From a virus (lineage: Duplodnaviria; Caudoviricetes), in the IMG/VR virus record IMGVR_UViG_3300032322_000399, positions 1-52,820 of that record: a stretch of DNA of 52,820 nucleotides; one strand, written 5' to 3'. Positions 35,536 to 48,886 of the stretch are shown piece after piece. Numbering within the stretch: position 1 is the stretch's first letter; every line of letters begins with the position of its first letter. The position numbers and the translations under genes were made by a program. Below the pieces are notes generated by a model. It did no database searches. It was given only the letters and a program-made list of their open reading frames with translations, and had not been told where the DNA came from.

Positions 35536-35882
35536 GCCTCCACCCGAGTCTTCGAGCGGAGCGCGGCGATCTGCTCACGGATCTCGTCGGGCATCGGAAC
35601 GCCCGGCACGGTGTCGAGCGCACGGCGTGACGCCTCCCGCTCGGCCTCAGCCCGGCGATGCGCCCGCCACGCCCGGTTGACATGCGCGGGCATAACGGCC
35701 TCGGTCGTGTCGGCATAGTGCTTCACCACGGCCCGCTGCGCCCACTCCGGCGACATGTCCGCGTCCAGGGCACCGGCCCACGCAAGCGAGCGGGCCTCGG
35801 CGTCCTCCGGCGTCGGCGGGCGCAGTCGCGGGTCGAATGTTCCCGCCACGGCGAGCAGCCGAGCCGCATCCGCGGGGGTCAT
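35532..35882 (-). CDS. Helicase loader/inhibitor-like protein
   Basis: AARLLAVAGTFD.R...AW...L...AVVKHY...MPAHV; follows initiator. Confidence 0.55.
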   Translation of the reverse strand: MTPADAARLLAVAGTFDPRLRPPTPEDAEARSLAWAGALDADMSPEWAQRAVVKHYADTTEAVMPAHVNRAWRAHRRAEAEREASRRALDTVPGVPMPDEIREQIAALRSKTRVEA

Positions 35883-36667
35883 GCCCTAATCTCTTTCAGC
35901 GCCGAGGCCGCGAGAGCGGCCTCACTCCTGTCGAGCCGATCGGCAGCCTCGACGTACATCCGAGTCCCCGACGCCTTCGCCTGCGGCCCACCGTTCACCG
36001 CGAGGATCCGCGTCAGCGCCGAGGGCAGATTCGGATGACCGAAGCGAGCAGCCTCCTGAGCGGCAGCGATGACGATCTCGGGATCCCGATGCTCCTGAGT
36101 CAGCATGATCCGCGCGTCCCGTCCGATCCGGGCGAGTGCCTGCCTCGGAGGCTCCGCACCGTGGACCGCTCGGAACTCGTCCGTGAAGGCAGCGACGACG
36201 GTCCCGGCGTTCGCCTGCTCCGCGACCGCAGGGAGCGGGATAAGTATTTCGGTTTCTATTGACGGTTCTACTGACGGTTCGGGTGACATAGGCGTCACCC
36301 CGTCAGCGACACGGGCGTCACCCCGTGGCGTCACGGATGTCACCCCGTCAGCCGCTCGGGGTGACACGGGCGTCACCCCGTCAGCGGGCCTCCTGACGAG
36401 CACCCTATAGCGATTCGGGCGGCGATCTGAGCGAGTCCCGTCCGAGCCTCCGGCCTGCCGATCGACAGCGAGTTCACCGAGGGCCACGAGGTTCGCGATC
36501 GACCGCTGAACGGTGCGCTCGTCCACGTTCGCGTACCGGGACAGGGTGGCGACTGAGGGCCACGCTCCCCCGTCGCCTTCGTGGTTCGCGATCCCGATGA
36601 GCACCACCTTGTCGGTGCCGCGGGCCTGCGAGTAGTTCAGGACTAGGGCGATCTTCTCGACGCTCAC
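35879..36667 (-). CDS. Replication initiator (HTH_36-like)
   Basis: KVVLIGIANH...AWPSVATLS...ERTVQRSI..L...G...NRY; internal ADGVTP repeats. Confidence 0.78.
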   Translation of the reverse strand: MSVEKIALVLNYSQARGTDKVVLIGIANHEGDGGAWPSVATLSRYANVDERTVQRSIANLVALGELAVDRQAGGSDGTRSDRRPNRYRVLVRRPADGVTPVSPRAADGVTSVTPRGDARVADGVTPMSPEPSVEPSIETEILIPLPAVAEQANAGTVVAAFTDEFRAVHGAEPPRQALARIGRDARIMLTQEHRDPEIVIAAAQEAARFGHPNLPSALTRILAVNGGPQAKASGTRMYVEAADRLDRSEAALAASALKEIRA

Positions 36668-37074
36668 GCGCTCCTCGCCTCGAACACGGCGAGAGCCTCA
36701 CCCGTAGCAGCGGAGACCATCCGGGGGACGCCTGCGGTGCCCTCACGGTGCAGGATCACGCCGGGAGATACCTCGACCTCACGGAGCATCCCGTCCTGGC
36801 GCAGTTCCCCGCACCGCTTCGAGTATTCGGATGTCAGGGACACCCCTGCCCGCATCGCTGCCTCCTCGTCTGTCAGACCCTCGGGCCACGACCTGACGAA
36901 CGCCTCGAACAGGAGGGCCTTCTGAGTGCCCGAACGGTACCCCACGGCCCGGGCCCCGGCGATGGAGCCCGCGCGGTCATTCTTGCGGTGTCGGCCCTTC
37001 CGGGCCTCGTAGACGATCGGCTCGCCTTGCGTGTCGAACATGGGCATATCGAACTGCCCGCCGGTAGAGTTCAT
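36664..37074 (-). CDS. Winged-helix-like protein
   Basis: GLTDEE...SKRCGELRQDG; AGGAGG RBS. Confidence 0.65.
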   Translation of the reverse strand: MNSTGGQFDMPMFDTQGEPIVYEARKGRHRKNDRAGSIAGARAVGYRSGTQKALLFEAFVRSWPEGLTDEEAAMRAGVSLTSEYSKRCGELRQDGMLREVEVSPGVILHREGTAGVPRMVSAATGEALAVFEARSA

Positions 37075-37151
37075 GATGCGCCACCTCCTATGCGGTGAGT
37101 GCCACGCCCCCGGATCGTTGCCCGATCGCGGGGGCACTTCTTATTCGTGTG

Positions 37152-37176
37152 AACCTAGCCCACTAACCCCGGTTAG
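37152..37176 (-). promoter_or_regulatory. Operator and putative -10 (TAGGTT) for the replication operon
   Basis: CTAACCGGGGTTAG at 37163-37176; leader hairpin about 37106-37136. Confidence 0.6.
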
Positions 37177-37195
37177 GGAACTCGACGCGCCGACG

Positions 37196-37819
37196 CTACG
37201 ACGCCACGGTCTGCGCTAGGGCGTCCTTCGCGTCGAGGTACTCCCTCCGCAGACGCTCCCGCTGATCCTCAGAGAGGCGCAACTGTGCGACCTTCCGGCC
37301 CAACTGATCGAGATCCACGACCGACAGAGCCGATCGCATCGACTGCGCGTACTCATCGACCTCGGAGTCGTCCACGACCGTAGGCCCGTCCGACCGCTCG
37401 TAGGAGTACGAGTCCGGATCCGGCTCATCCGTGGGCAGCGCGAGGGCCTGCAACAGCACGGTACGGAACGCGACCGACATCGCCTTAGCAGTCGCCTTGT
37501 CTCCGGAGTCCATCGCCTCACCCGGAACAGTCGCGGCGAGCGTGTCACCTGCCGGGCCCACGAACGTGTACCGAACCCGAAGCCGGACGTGGCCCATCTG
37601 CGTGTTATTCCGACCGATCGAGACCGAGCCGTACTCGTAGTCGAGCACCTCTGGCAGCACGACCACTCCATGCTTCCGTAGCGCCGGGCCGACCGCGTTC
37701 ACCACGGCGTCGATGCCGCGGAAGTTGAAGTTCTGCGCGGTGTTCTTGTCTGACTTACGGACCTCTCGAACGTCTGCCATAACGGCGGCGAGCGCGGCCT
37801 GAACGGTGATGCCTGTCAT
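37196..37819 (-). CDS. ERF family ssDNA-annealing protein
   Basis: FNFRGIDAV...GEAMDSGDKATAKAMSVA...DPD; AGGAGCCAC at 37822. Confidence 0.85.
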   Translation of the reverse strand: MTGITVQAALAAVMADVREVRKSDKNTAQNFNFRGIDAVVNAVGPALRKHGVVVLPEVLDYEYGSVSIGRNNTQMGHVRLRVRYTFVGPAGDTLAATVPGEAMDSGDKATAKAMSVAFRTVLLQALALPTDEPDPDSYSYERSDGPTVVDDSEVDEYAQSMRSALSVVDLDQLGRKVAQLRLSEDQRERLRREYLDAKDALAQTVAS

Positions 37820-37829
37820 CTGTGGCTCC

Positions 37830-38381
37830 TTACTTCGTGTCGATCGTCACGGACGGGGGTAGATCGGATGCGGCGAGGCCGGGCACGATCTCCCCGGTCT
37901 CCACCTCGATAACGTGACCGTCACGCACATCGAGGCAGACCTCGAAGTTCGACTTGTGCGGTGCCTCGGTTACGCGGATGAGGACGGGAGCGTTCTCACG
38001 CGCCCACGACAGGAACTCGTCGGTGTCGGTCACGTCGTACTTCCGGTTCGACGCGCGAGTCTTGACCGTGCCGTGGGGCAGGCTGATCGACTTGCGGTCG
38101 GCGTCGTAGCGTTGCCGCAGCGCATACTCGCCGAGTACACCCTCGAAGTAGGAGGCGTCACGGGTCAGGCTTTCGTTCGCGTGCTCTAGCCACGAGTCGA
38201 TGCGCTCACGTTCGGCCTCGGCGATGCGGCGGTTCTCGTCCATCTTGCCGCGCAGGCTGGCTAACTTCCGGAGCGCCCACTCGGCGGCGGAGTCGTCTTC
38301 GATGCGCCACCGCTCGCGGTCCAGCGAGTTCACGGGCGGGGCGGGGTCGTACTCGTCCAGAGGGACGGCGGGTAGGGACAT
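37830..38381 (-). CDS. Mu Gam-like host-nuclease inhibitor
   Basis: IEDDSAAEWALRKL, coiled coil, KSISLPHGTVKTR. Confidence 0.75.
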   Translation of the reverse strand: MSLPAVPLDEYDPAPPVNSLDRERWRIEDDSAAEWALRKLASLRGKMDENRRIAEAERERIDSWLEHANESLTRDASYFEGVLGEYALRQRYDADRKSISLPHGTVKTRASNRKYDVTDTDEFLSWARENAPVLIRVTEAPHKSNFEVCLDVRDGHVIEVETGEIVPGLAASDLPPSVTIDTK

Positions 38382-38412
38382 GGCTCCTCCTAGGGGTTGT
38401 CGGACGCCTCAC

Positions 38413-38442
38413 ATCCTACCTAACCGGGGTTAGGGAAGTCCA
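38413..38442 (-). promoter_or_regulatory. Promoter with operator (early recombination operon)
   Basis: TGGACT-N18-TAGGAT; palindrome at 38420-38433. Confidence 0.82.
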
Positions 38443-38552
38443 GGGGCTCCGGATGCCTTGCACGCTACATCGGGGGTATGACACTCTGACCCCGCGCCGA
38501 CATCATGAGCGCCCGCGCGGCAGGGGTAAGGGGTTGCCGAGCCGCGCACGAG

Positions 38553-38594
38553 AACGGCCCGCCCCTCGCATAAGGAGAGGCGGGCCGTTTCGTT
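38553..38594. terminator. Bidirectional intrinsic terminator after the lysis cassette
   Basis: AACGGCCCGCC / GGCGGGCCGTT arms, T-rich flank. Confidence 0.75.
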
Positions 38595-38604
38595 AGCGGA
38601 GAGG

Positions 38605-39552
38605 CTAGGGCTTGATCTTCCCGAACATGCGCCGCTGCGTGTTAGGCCCGAACTCGCCGGTCACGTTCTGCCACCCCTGAGCGGCCTGGAACCGCATCAC
38701 CGCCGCCGCCGGGTACTTCTGCTTTCCAGCGGGAGCGGGCTGCGGTCGGAACCCGAGGTCGTACAGGCGGCAAGCCACGCGCCACGCTGCCTTATTCGCG
38801 AGACCCTCGGCGTCGGCCTTCTGCACCGCCGCGAGGCTCGGCACGGTGCCGTCCCACGTCTCGGGGCGACGAGCCCACCGATTCGCCTGCTCACGCCAGT
38901 ACGGGGCGTTGTAGGGCTTCACGTCAGACGAGGCGGGCCACTCCGCCCACGCGCCGTCGATCGTGTCATTCTTCCGCCCGCGCGTACCGCCTGCCGCGAC
39001 CGTAGGAACGGCCTTCGGCTGCCAGCCGTGGCACCCGTCCGTGTAGCACTTATGCGTGCCCACGGCCTCGGTCACGTCCCACCCGGCGAGCGCCGCGAGC
39101 GCCGCGAGCGTGCGGCCCACGTTCTCGATCTGGTAGTCGGTGAGGCTCGACGTGGACGTGCCGGGGTCGTCAATCTCGATGCCCCATAGGCGCGTCTGCC
39201 CGTAGTAGCCGCGCTGCGATCCCAAAAAGTGCGGGGTCACGCCGTCGCCACAATGGTAGGCAGACCCTCCCGAGAGCAGGTAGGTATCTCCGGGGCCTCG
39301 ACCGACGAGGAGGTTGCACACCGGCAGTTCGTAAGCGGTGACCGCCCAGTACAGGCTAGGGCAGCCCTTCGAGCCCGTAGCGGATGCGGTGCTGGTGTGG
39401 TGTACGACTGAGCCCATGAGCCCAGGAGAGCCGTCAGGGCCCTTCCACGGGCGTCCTACGGTGTCCCAGTCCTTGTACGTCTGCACGTCCACGCCGTAGT
39501 CCCGTAGCGCCGCGAGGATCTGCGAGGGCGTCGGGTTCGGGTTCCCGCTCAT
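38605..39552 (-). CDS. Endolysin: N-acetylmuramoyl-L-alanine amidase plus peptidoglycan-binding domain
   Basis: VVHHT, GIEID, GTHK, RKND; AVMRFQAAQG...TGEFGPNT. Confidence 0.85.
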   Translation of the reverse strand: MSGNPNPTPSQILAALRDYGVDVQTYKDWDTVGRPWKGPDGSPGLMGSVVHHTSTASATGSKGCPSLYWAVTAYELPVCNLLVGRGPGDTYLLSGGSAYHCGDGVTPHFLGSQRGYYGQTRLWGIEIDDPGTSTSSLTDYQIENVGRTLAALAALAGWDVTEAVGTHKCYTDGCHGWQPKAVPTVAAGGTRGRKNDTIDGAWAEWPASSDVKPYNAPYWREQANRWARRPETWDGTVPSLAAVQKADAEGLANKAAWRVACRLYDLGFRPQPAPAGKQKYPAAAVMRFQAAQGWQNVTGEFGPNTQRRMFGKIKP

Positions 39553-39686
39553 TCGCCCGCCTCCACGTTGAAGTCGAGCACGTCAGCCGGAGCCGGATCA
39601 TCGTCCGTAACCTCCGGGGCCCAACCTGCGGGAGGGTCCGTGACCACGATGTCCGCTAGATCGAGCGAGCCGTCGTGCCCGGTCAC
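39549..39686 (-). CDS. 45-aa acidic micro-ORF in the lysis cassette (not in ORF track)
   Basis: MTGHDGSLDLADIVVTDPPAGWAPEVTDDDPAPADVLDFNVEAGE; 4-bp overlaps at both ends. Confidence 0.55.
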   Translation of the reverse strand: MTGHDGSLDLADIVVTDPPAGWAPEVTDDDPAPADVLDFNVEAGE

Positions 39687-39982
39687 TCGTCTTCCCACTC
39701 GAAGTCCATGTCTACCTCATCGGAGACGATCGCCTCATCAACCAGCGACGGGCCTTCCCACTTACCGAGCCGCGCCGAACTGATCGAGGTCAGGTAGGAC
39801 AGGACGAAGCCGCCCACGGCGAACCCCAGGACAGCGAGCCAGTCCACGGTGAAGGCGTTGATCTGAGCGTCGGCGGCAGCCGCAGCGCCCGTTCCGATGA
39901 TCGCGAGGATAGCGACCTGGGCCGCAGTCTTTAGCGCCCGCTCCAATGCTGCAAGCGTGAACGCGCGGGTGAAGATGAGCAT
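39683..39982 (-). CDS. Holin (r1t-like)
   Basis: FTRAF..AALERALKTAAQ, two TMs, VLSYLTSI. Confidence 0.8.
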   Translation of the reverse strand: MLIFTRAFTLAALERALKTAAQVAILAIIGTGAAAAADAQINAFTVDWLAVLGFAVGGFVLSYLTSISSARLGKWEGPSLVDEAIVSDEVDMDFEWEDE

Positions 39983-39996
39983 GAGGGATCCTTCCG

Positions 39997-40689
39997 TTAG
40001 CGGAGCGTGTTCCATGTGTAGCGGTTTACCTCTCCCGTCACGGACATACCCTTCGCCTGCTGGAAGCGACGTACCGCGAGGGAGAGGTCATAGGTGAACC
40101 GCCCGTTGATCTCGCCCGTGTAGTAGTCCAGGGCGTGCAGGCGATTCTGTACCCATCGTACGTCTTCCCCGTAGTCCGCCCGAGTCAGCGCCCGCCGGAA
40201 CTCCGGGGAGCCTTCCTCGGTGCGCTCCTCCTTACGGAGGGTGACTGCGATAAGACGCATGTCTGGGAGCGGGTGCCCGACCTCGAAGTGCATCGGATCG
40301 GGTCGGCTCGTCCAGTTGTAGCCCCAGACTAGGCCGAGATCCTTCGCGAGCCGCTGCGTCTTCCGCACCGGGAAGGTCGTCTTCTTGACTCCCATAGGGT
40401 TCTTCACGGAGTCGAGGTCGATCGCTCCGCCGACTGAGTGCCATGACTTAGTGCCGGGCACCCCGCGGATGTCCCGGTTCTCGTAGCCCCAATCGTCGCG
40501 GATCCCGGTCTCGAACTCGTACCCCGTCTCCTCGATGCCCTCGATCAGGGCGGTGAAGATCGGGACGAGCGACTTGTGCGCGGTCAGAGTGATCCCGCCT
40601 GCCGTGAACGTGTCGATGTTCTCGACAGCGTAGTCGGGGGCGTCCGGGTCACCGAAGCCCCGCTCGGCGAGTTCCTTCTTGGTTGGCAT
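39997..40689 (-). CDS. Endolysin: M15 peptidase plus peptidoglycan-binding domain
   Basis: WGYENRDIRG...SWHSVGGAIDL...DPMHFE; GEDVRWVQ.RL...AVRRFQ. Confidence 0.85.
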   Translation of the reverse strand: MPTKKELAERGFGDPDAPDYAVENIDTFTAGGITLTAHKSLVPIFTALIEGIEETGYEFETGIRDDWGYENRDIRGVPGTKSWHSVGGAIDLDSVKNPMGVKKTTFPVRKTQRLAKDLGLVWGYNWTSRPDPMHFEVGHPLPDMRLIAVTLRKEERTEEGSPEFRRALTRADYGEDVRWVQNRLHALDYYTGEINGRFTYDLSLAVRRFQQAKGMSVTGEVNRYTWNTLR

Positions 40690-40743
40690 CCCACGATCCT
40701 ACCGGGGAAAGCGACTGCCCCGGACTTATTGACTAACCCCCGT

Positions 40744-41082
40744 TTAGGAAGCGCGTGCCTTCCGCATAATCTCGCGCTGCCGAACCTCGATCGTGTCCAG
40801 ACGATGCTCGAACGTCCGCACCCGGTCGTCCGTGTCGCACACCTTGTCCTTCATCGAGTGCCCCCCGTTACGTTGCAACTCACCGTCGATACGGTTCAAC
40901 CGCTCCATAACACCCGGCACCCGTGCCCGCCCCGGCTCCTCGGGCTCCCCTTCCCAGTCCCGCTGAAACTTTCTCCACCACGCGCTGAACTCACGCAGTT
41001 CCCGAAGGGCCCGCCGGAACAGGAACGCGAGAAGCGTCAGCACCGATAGGCAGCCCGCAGCGAAAGCGAAGAACTCCTGCAT
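40744..41082 (-). CDS. Membrane protein of the lysis region
   Basis: N-terminal TM; PGVMERL...NGGHSMKD. Confidence 0.7.
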   Translation of the reverse strand: MQEFFAFAAGCLSVLTLLAFLFRRALRELREFSAWWRKFQRDWEGEPEEPGRARVPGVMERLNRIDGELQRNGGHSMKDKVCDTDDRVRTFEHRLDTIEVRQREIMRKARAS

Positions 41083-41147
41083 GATCACAACATGACCCCG
41101 GCGAGCATCACACTAGTGTGCCTTATCCCTGACATGTTCAACCCGGG

Positions 41148-41819
41148 TTACGGGCCGATGTACTGCACGGACAGGGAAGGCGTCCACGTCTCAGCCGTCA
41201 CAGAGAGCGCCAAGTTTCCGCCCGAGTTCTGCGACACCATGAGACGCACCGTGTCACCGATCGCAAGGTTGAACGCGGGAGCGGCGACCGTAAACCGAGT
41301 TGGAGAGGCCGCAGCCGAGGCGATGATGTCAGCACGAGCGAGCGTCGTCGTAGCGTTGCGCTCGATCCACGCCGCACGGAACCCGGTGCCGTTCGCCGCG
41401 AAGCGCACGTTCGCCGTCGCCGTGTAGATCCCAGGCACCACGCACGTCAGCACCGTGGGAGCACCGACCACCCACATACCCGCGTTGTCATTAGCATCTG
41501 CTTCCCACGTCACCGCAGTATCGACTGCCGTCGTGAGCGTCTGATCCGTGGTCCGGTACACGCGCGGAGCGATCGTGGACGTAGCCGTCCCGAGGGAGCC
41601 GAGCGCCCACAGATCCGAACCGTCCGACACCACCCACACGTTCGCGCCAGGTACCGGGGTCATGCTTGCCAGATATCGCACCCCTGACACCGCAGTCGTA
41701 GAGCCAGCGATCGTAATCGTCAGAGTTCGACCCGCCTGCACCGACGAGATCACGCCCTGCCGGAACCGCAGACGCGACGACGGGGTGAACTCACCTACGA
41801 ACTCATCGAGCGGGTTCAT
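41148..41819 (-). CDS. Minor tail / tip protein
   Basis: Short OB-like N-terminus then C1q-like beta domain (PGIY...VRF...GDTVRL.V.QNSG). Confidence 0.7.
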   Translation of the reverse strand: MNPLDEFVGEFTPSSRLRFRQGVISSVQAGRTLTITIAGSTTAVSGVRYLASMTPVPGANVWVVSDGSDLWALGSLGTATSTIAPRVYRTTDQTLTTAVDTAVTWEADANDNAGMWVVGAPTVLTCVVPGIYTATANVRFAANGTGFRAAWIERNATTTLARADIIASAAASPTRFTVAAPAFNLAIGDTVRLMVSQNSGGNLALSVTAETWTPSLSVQYIGP

Positions 41820-42946
41820 GATGTGACCGAACTCGACACGGTACGGATCGTACGGGCGGTCGCAGACATCACGTCCGTGGGCGACAGCGGGATCGTGATC
41901 GAGTCGAGGATCACCAGCCGGTCCACCTTCGCGCCTGTGTTCACCAGAAAGATCACGTCATTCGCGTCGAGCGACGGATCCACGATCTGCTGCCACGATA
42001 GCGCCTGCTGCGCCCCGAGGTACTTCGAGAGCAGCGCCGCCGCCGACGACTGCGCCGTCGCGAACTGCGTCACCGCCGACTGCGACAGGAACGTGGGCCG
42101 CTGCCCGAACGGGCCGTAACGGTAAGTAGGAGAGGTCGGATCCTCATCCCACACCTCTACCCGGAGCGGAGTGTCGATCGCCGATCCCTCCGCGATGAAC
42201 ACGACCCCGTTGTACGTCTGCTCCACGGTGTCCTGACGATCAAGCGACAGCACCACCCCGTCCGAGCCCTCCGCGTACGTCGCGTCCACCGACGCCGAGT
42301 CCCGGTCGGGGAACCGCTCCAACGTCACGACGCCGGTCGGGTCGAAGTAGAGGTCGTAACCGCACGCCTCCGCGATGCCCACCGCGTCCTTCCACGGGTC
42401 ATTGTCGGAGTCAAGTCCGAGCACCTGCTGGGAGATCGTCTCAGGCACGGTCGGGAAGTTGATGACCACGTTCGAGTAGCGGTCCTGCAACAGGTTCGTG
42501 AGCGCCGTCGTCAGAGACCCCGCGGTCACGGTGTACGGGTTCAGCCACGAGTTATTCGCCACGACGATCGAGCGATCCTGCCCGTCGATCGTCATCTCCA
42601 CGCCGTCCGCATCGTCTTTCACACTCACCCGCGTGATGACGAACACGCCCAGGGGTACTAGTTCCTGCGAGCCGTCAGCGAACCGGATCCCCCGATACAG
42701 GCGCAGTTCGTTACCGAAAGGGGTGATCGCATCGAAGCCCGTATCCGGTACAAGATCGGAGCCACGAGACGTGGACAGAGTAACCGTGCATGAGCGCCGA
42801 ACAGACGAGTTCGCCGACACCGAAACAGACCCGCCGGAGATGTCGAGGTCGAGAAGTTTCAGGCTCCCGGCCCACACTTCAGCCGTGGACACCGCGACAT
42901 GCGTCGAGCGGATCGCCGCCTTGTAAGTGTCGGAGGTCGGATACAT
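41816..42946 (-). CDS. Minor tail protein (baseplate hub, DUF5047-like)
   Basis: GGSVSV...VRRSC...PFGNELRLYRG...VPLGVF...SPTY...FG. Confidence 0.75.
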   Translation of the reverse strand: MYPTSDTYKAAIRSTHVAVSTAEVWAGSLKLLDLDISGGSVSVSANSSVRRSCTVTLSTSRGSDLVPDTGFDAITPFGNELRLYRGIRFADGSQELVPLGVFVITRVSVKDDADGVEMTIDGQDRSIVVANNSWLNPYTVTAGSLTTALTNLLQDRYSNVVINFPTVPETISQQVLGLDSDNDPWKDAVGIAEACGYDLYFDPTGVVTLERFPDRDSASVDATYAEGSDGVVLSLDRQDTVEQTYNGVVFIAEGSAIDTPLRVEVWDEDPTSPTYRYGPFGQRPTFLSQSAVTQFATAQSSAAALLSKYLGAQQALSWQQIVDPSLDANDVIFLVNTGAKVDRLVILDSITIPLSPTDVMSATARTIRTVSSSVTS

Positions 42947-42949
42947 GCG

Positions 42950-44464
42950 CTACTCCGAAACCTCGACGTAGTTCACCTGCACCGTTCGCAGCGAGCGTCT
43001 GCCCTGCCACTCCTGCGTCATCTGACGCCCCGTGATCCGGATGTACTTCTGCTCCCCGGAAGGCTCCTGCGCGAGCAGCGTGCCCTGGTGTAGCAGGATC
43101 CCGCTCACGTCGTCCCACTCGTCTCCCACGATGGAGATGCGGTATGAGCCGTCGTAGCCGCCGATGAGCCCTGACACGACCACGGGAAGGCTCCTGCCGA
43201 GGGGGCGGAACACCGTCACGGGCTCCTCGACCGTGATCCCGAGGGCCGTCGAGATCCGCAGCCCGCCGACGTTCAGAGCCGGAGCCTCGATCGCCTTCAG
43301 CCACCAAGTCCCGTCATTCGTGACGAGCACCTGCGACACGACCGAGTAGGCGGACGGGATCCGGTTCTCACCCGCGACCCCGACCGAACGCACCCGATAC
43401 CGCACCGTCACATCCCGTGGTGCCTCGTAGTCGAACACCGTCGCAGCCGTGCCCGTGGGAAGGATCTCAGAGCCGTCACGGATCGTCGCATACGTCGAGC
43501 CGCCGTCGTCTGAACGCTCCGCCGAGAAGTACTGGCGCGTGTAAGGGGCACCGATAGACGAGCCCGTGATCGAGAGAGTCGCCTTGCCGAGCGCCGAGTC
43601 CCACGCCACCGAAAGAGTCGGAACCGAAGGCGGTGTCAGGTTCAGCACGAACTGCGAGAACGCCCACGCCGACCAGAACGGCTGCCCGTTGATGTCCTTC
43701 GCGACCTTGACGTACGCCCGGTACGTCCCCGAAAGAAGCAGCGACGACACCGTGCCCGAAGCATCCGAGGAGCCCACGACACCGGAGTCCCACGTCGCCG
43801 TCGAGGTCTCAGGGTCGAACCCGCCCGCGCCGTACTGCGCCGCCGTGAACACCCTGATCTCATAGAACGCCTGCGGCTGCTCATTGTCGGGATCGGTGTA
43901 CGTCCACGTCACATCCGGGGTCGCCGTTGTCGTCAGCGTGCCGGTAGGAGCCGTAACCGTGACCGTGGGCTGCGAGGCCACGTCCACATCGACGTACACC
44001 TCGTAGAAGAACCCGCGATCCGTGGTGTCCCGGTACTCCGTGATGACCGACCGCAGGCCGTTCACCCGGTCCTGATCCCACGACTGACCGTCAGGTGACG
44101 CCGTGAACCACGGGCCCACGAACTCCTGCGGTGACGTGTACTGACCGCGGACTGCCGTAGCCGAATGAAGGTAGTTCACACCCGCTAGGCGAGTGCCGAG
44201 CGCGAAGTCAATCTTTCCGATCGACGTAGGCGTAGAAGAACGCACACGAGCCCGCACACGCTTGACCCGCTGCGTCGCCGTAACCGTCGTATCAGCCACG
44301 GTCACCGTAAGTTGGTAGGTGCCCAAGAGTGAGTTCGACTTGCGAATGAAGGTCGAATCCGAGTTATCGTTCAGCGCCGCCTGAACCGTTGCCGAGCCAC
44401 CCGAGATCGTCCAGTTCGACGCTCCCGTGCCCGTCCCGTCAGGGCGTACCGTCGTGACCGCCAC
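42950..44464 (-). CDS. Minor tail protein (distal tail-like, with Ig/FN3-type domains)
   Basis: Follows tape measure; DYEAP...YRVR...WWLK. Confidence 0.7.
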   Translation of the reverse strand: MAVTTVRPDGTGTGASNWTISGGSATVQAALNDNSDSTFIRKSNSLLGTYQLTVTVADTTVTATQRVKRVRARVRSSTPTSIGKIDFALGTRLAGVNYLHSATAVRGQYTSPQEFVGPWFTASPDGQSWDQDRVNGLRSVITEYRDTTDRGFFYEVYVDVDVASQPTVTVTAPTGTLTTTATPDVTWTYTDPDNEQPQAFYEIRVFTAAQYGAGGFDPETSTATWDSGVVGSSDASGTVSSLLLSGTYRAYVKVAKDINGQPFWSAWAFSQFVLNLTPPSVPTLSVAWDSALGKATLSITGSSIGAPYTRQYFSAERSDDGGSTYATIRDGSEILPTGTAATVFDYEAPRDVTVRYRVRSVGVAGENRIPSAYSVVSQVLVTNDGTWWLKAIEAPALNVGGLRISTALGITVEEPVTVFRPLGRSLPVVVSGLIGGYDGSYRISIVGDEWDDVSGILLHQGTLLAQEPSGEQKYIRITGRQMTQEWQGRRSLRTVQVNYVEVSE

Positions 44465-44466
44465 CG

Positions 44467-48288
<3,822 letters not shown>

Positions 48289-48299
48289 GGGCTACTCCT

Positions 48300-48826
48300 T
48301 CACTTCCTCTTCCGCGCCTGCTCCATCTCCCAGATGCGGATCCGCTCTAGGGCCTCCCACTCCGTGAGTTCCTCAGACGAGAGGGGCCGGTGGGCCGGAC
48401 TGCCGTACAAGAGTTCCTCGACAGTCCGGCCCAACCGCTCCGCTAACTCGAAGACGAACCTTCGGTGTCCGGCTCGGAGGAGTCTTTTCCCGCTTCGTCA
48501 GCGGCCTCCTTCGTGAACCCGGACAGCCGCATCCCCGCCAGGGCGATACGGTCCACGGCGGTAGCGGCCTTACCGAGGAGCGCGTCACGATCGCTCGGCT
48601 CGAACACCTGCATCCCAGTCTCGGGATCGAAGGACGTTGCGATCACGATCTCCGGATACACCATCTGGAGGTCAAGATCACCGCCGTCCTTCATGGCGAG
48701 GTTCATGATGCGGGTCCGCTCGGCAGCGGTCATCCCACGAACCTCGACGGTGAGTTTCCACTCGGGAACTTCCACCGACTCAGTTGCGATGTCCTTTACG
48801 GCGAGGATCTGATCGCGCAGGGACAC
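48300..48826 (-). CDS. Tail assembly chaperone G-T (programmed -1 frameshift product)
   Basis: Slippery GGGAAAA at 48485-48491; -1 frame RRFVFELAERLGRTVEEL...SSEELTEW runs to TGA at 48300. Confidence 0.85.
48443..48826 (-). CDS. Tail assembly chaperone G
   Basis: LRDQIL...VEVPEW...VRGMT...; between tail tube and tape measure. Confidence 0.85.
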   Translation of the reverse strand: MSLRDQILAVKDIATESVEVPEWKLTVEVRGMTAAERTRIMNLAMKDGGDLDLQMVYPEIVIATSFDPETGMQVFEPSDRDALLGKAATAVDRIALAGMRLSGFTKEAADEAGKDSSEPDTEGSSSS

Positions 48827-48886
48827 TAGGTCACTCCTTCGGTTAGGCCACTAGGGCACGGATTACGCGGTGTGGGTATTCAGTTA

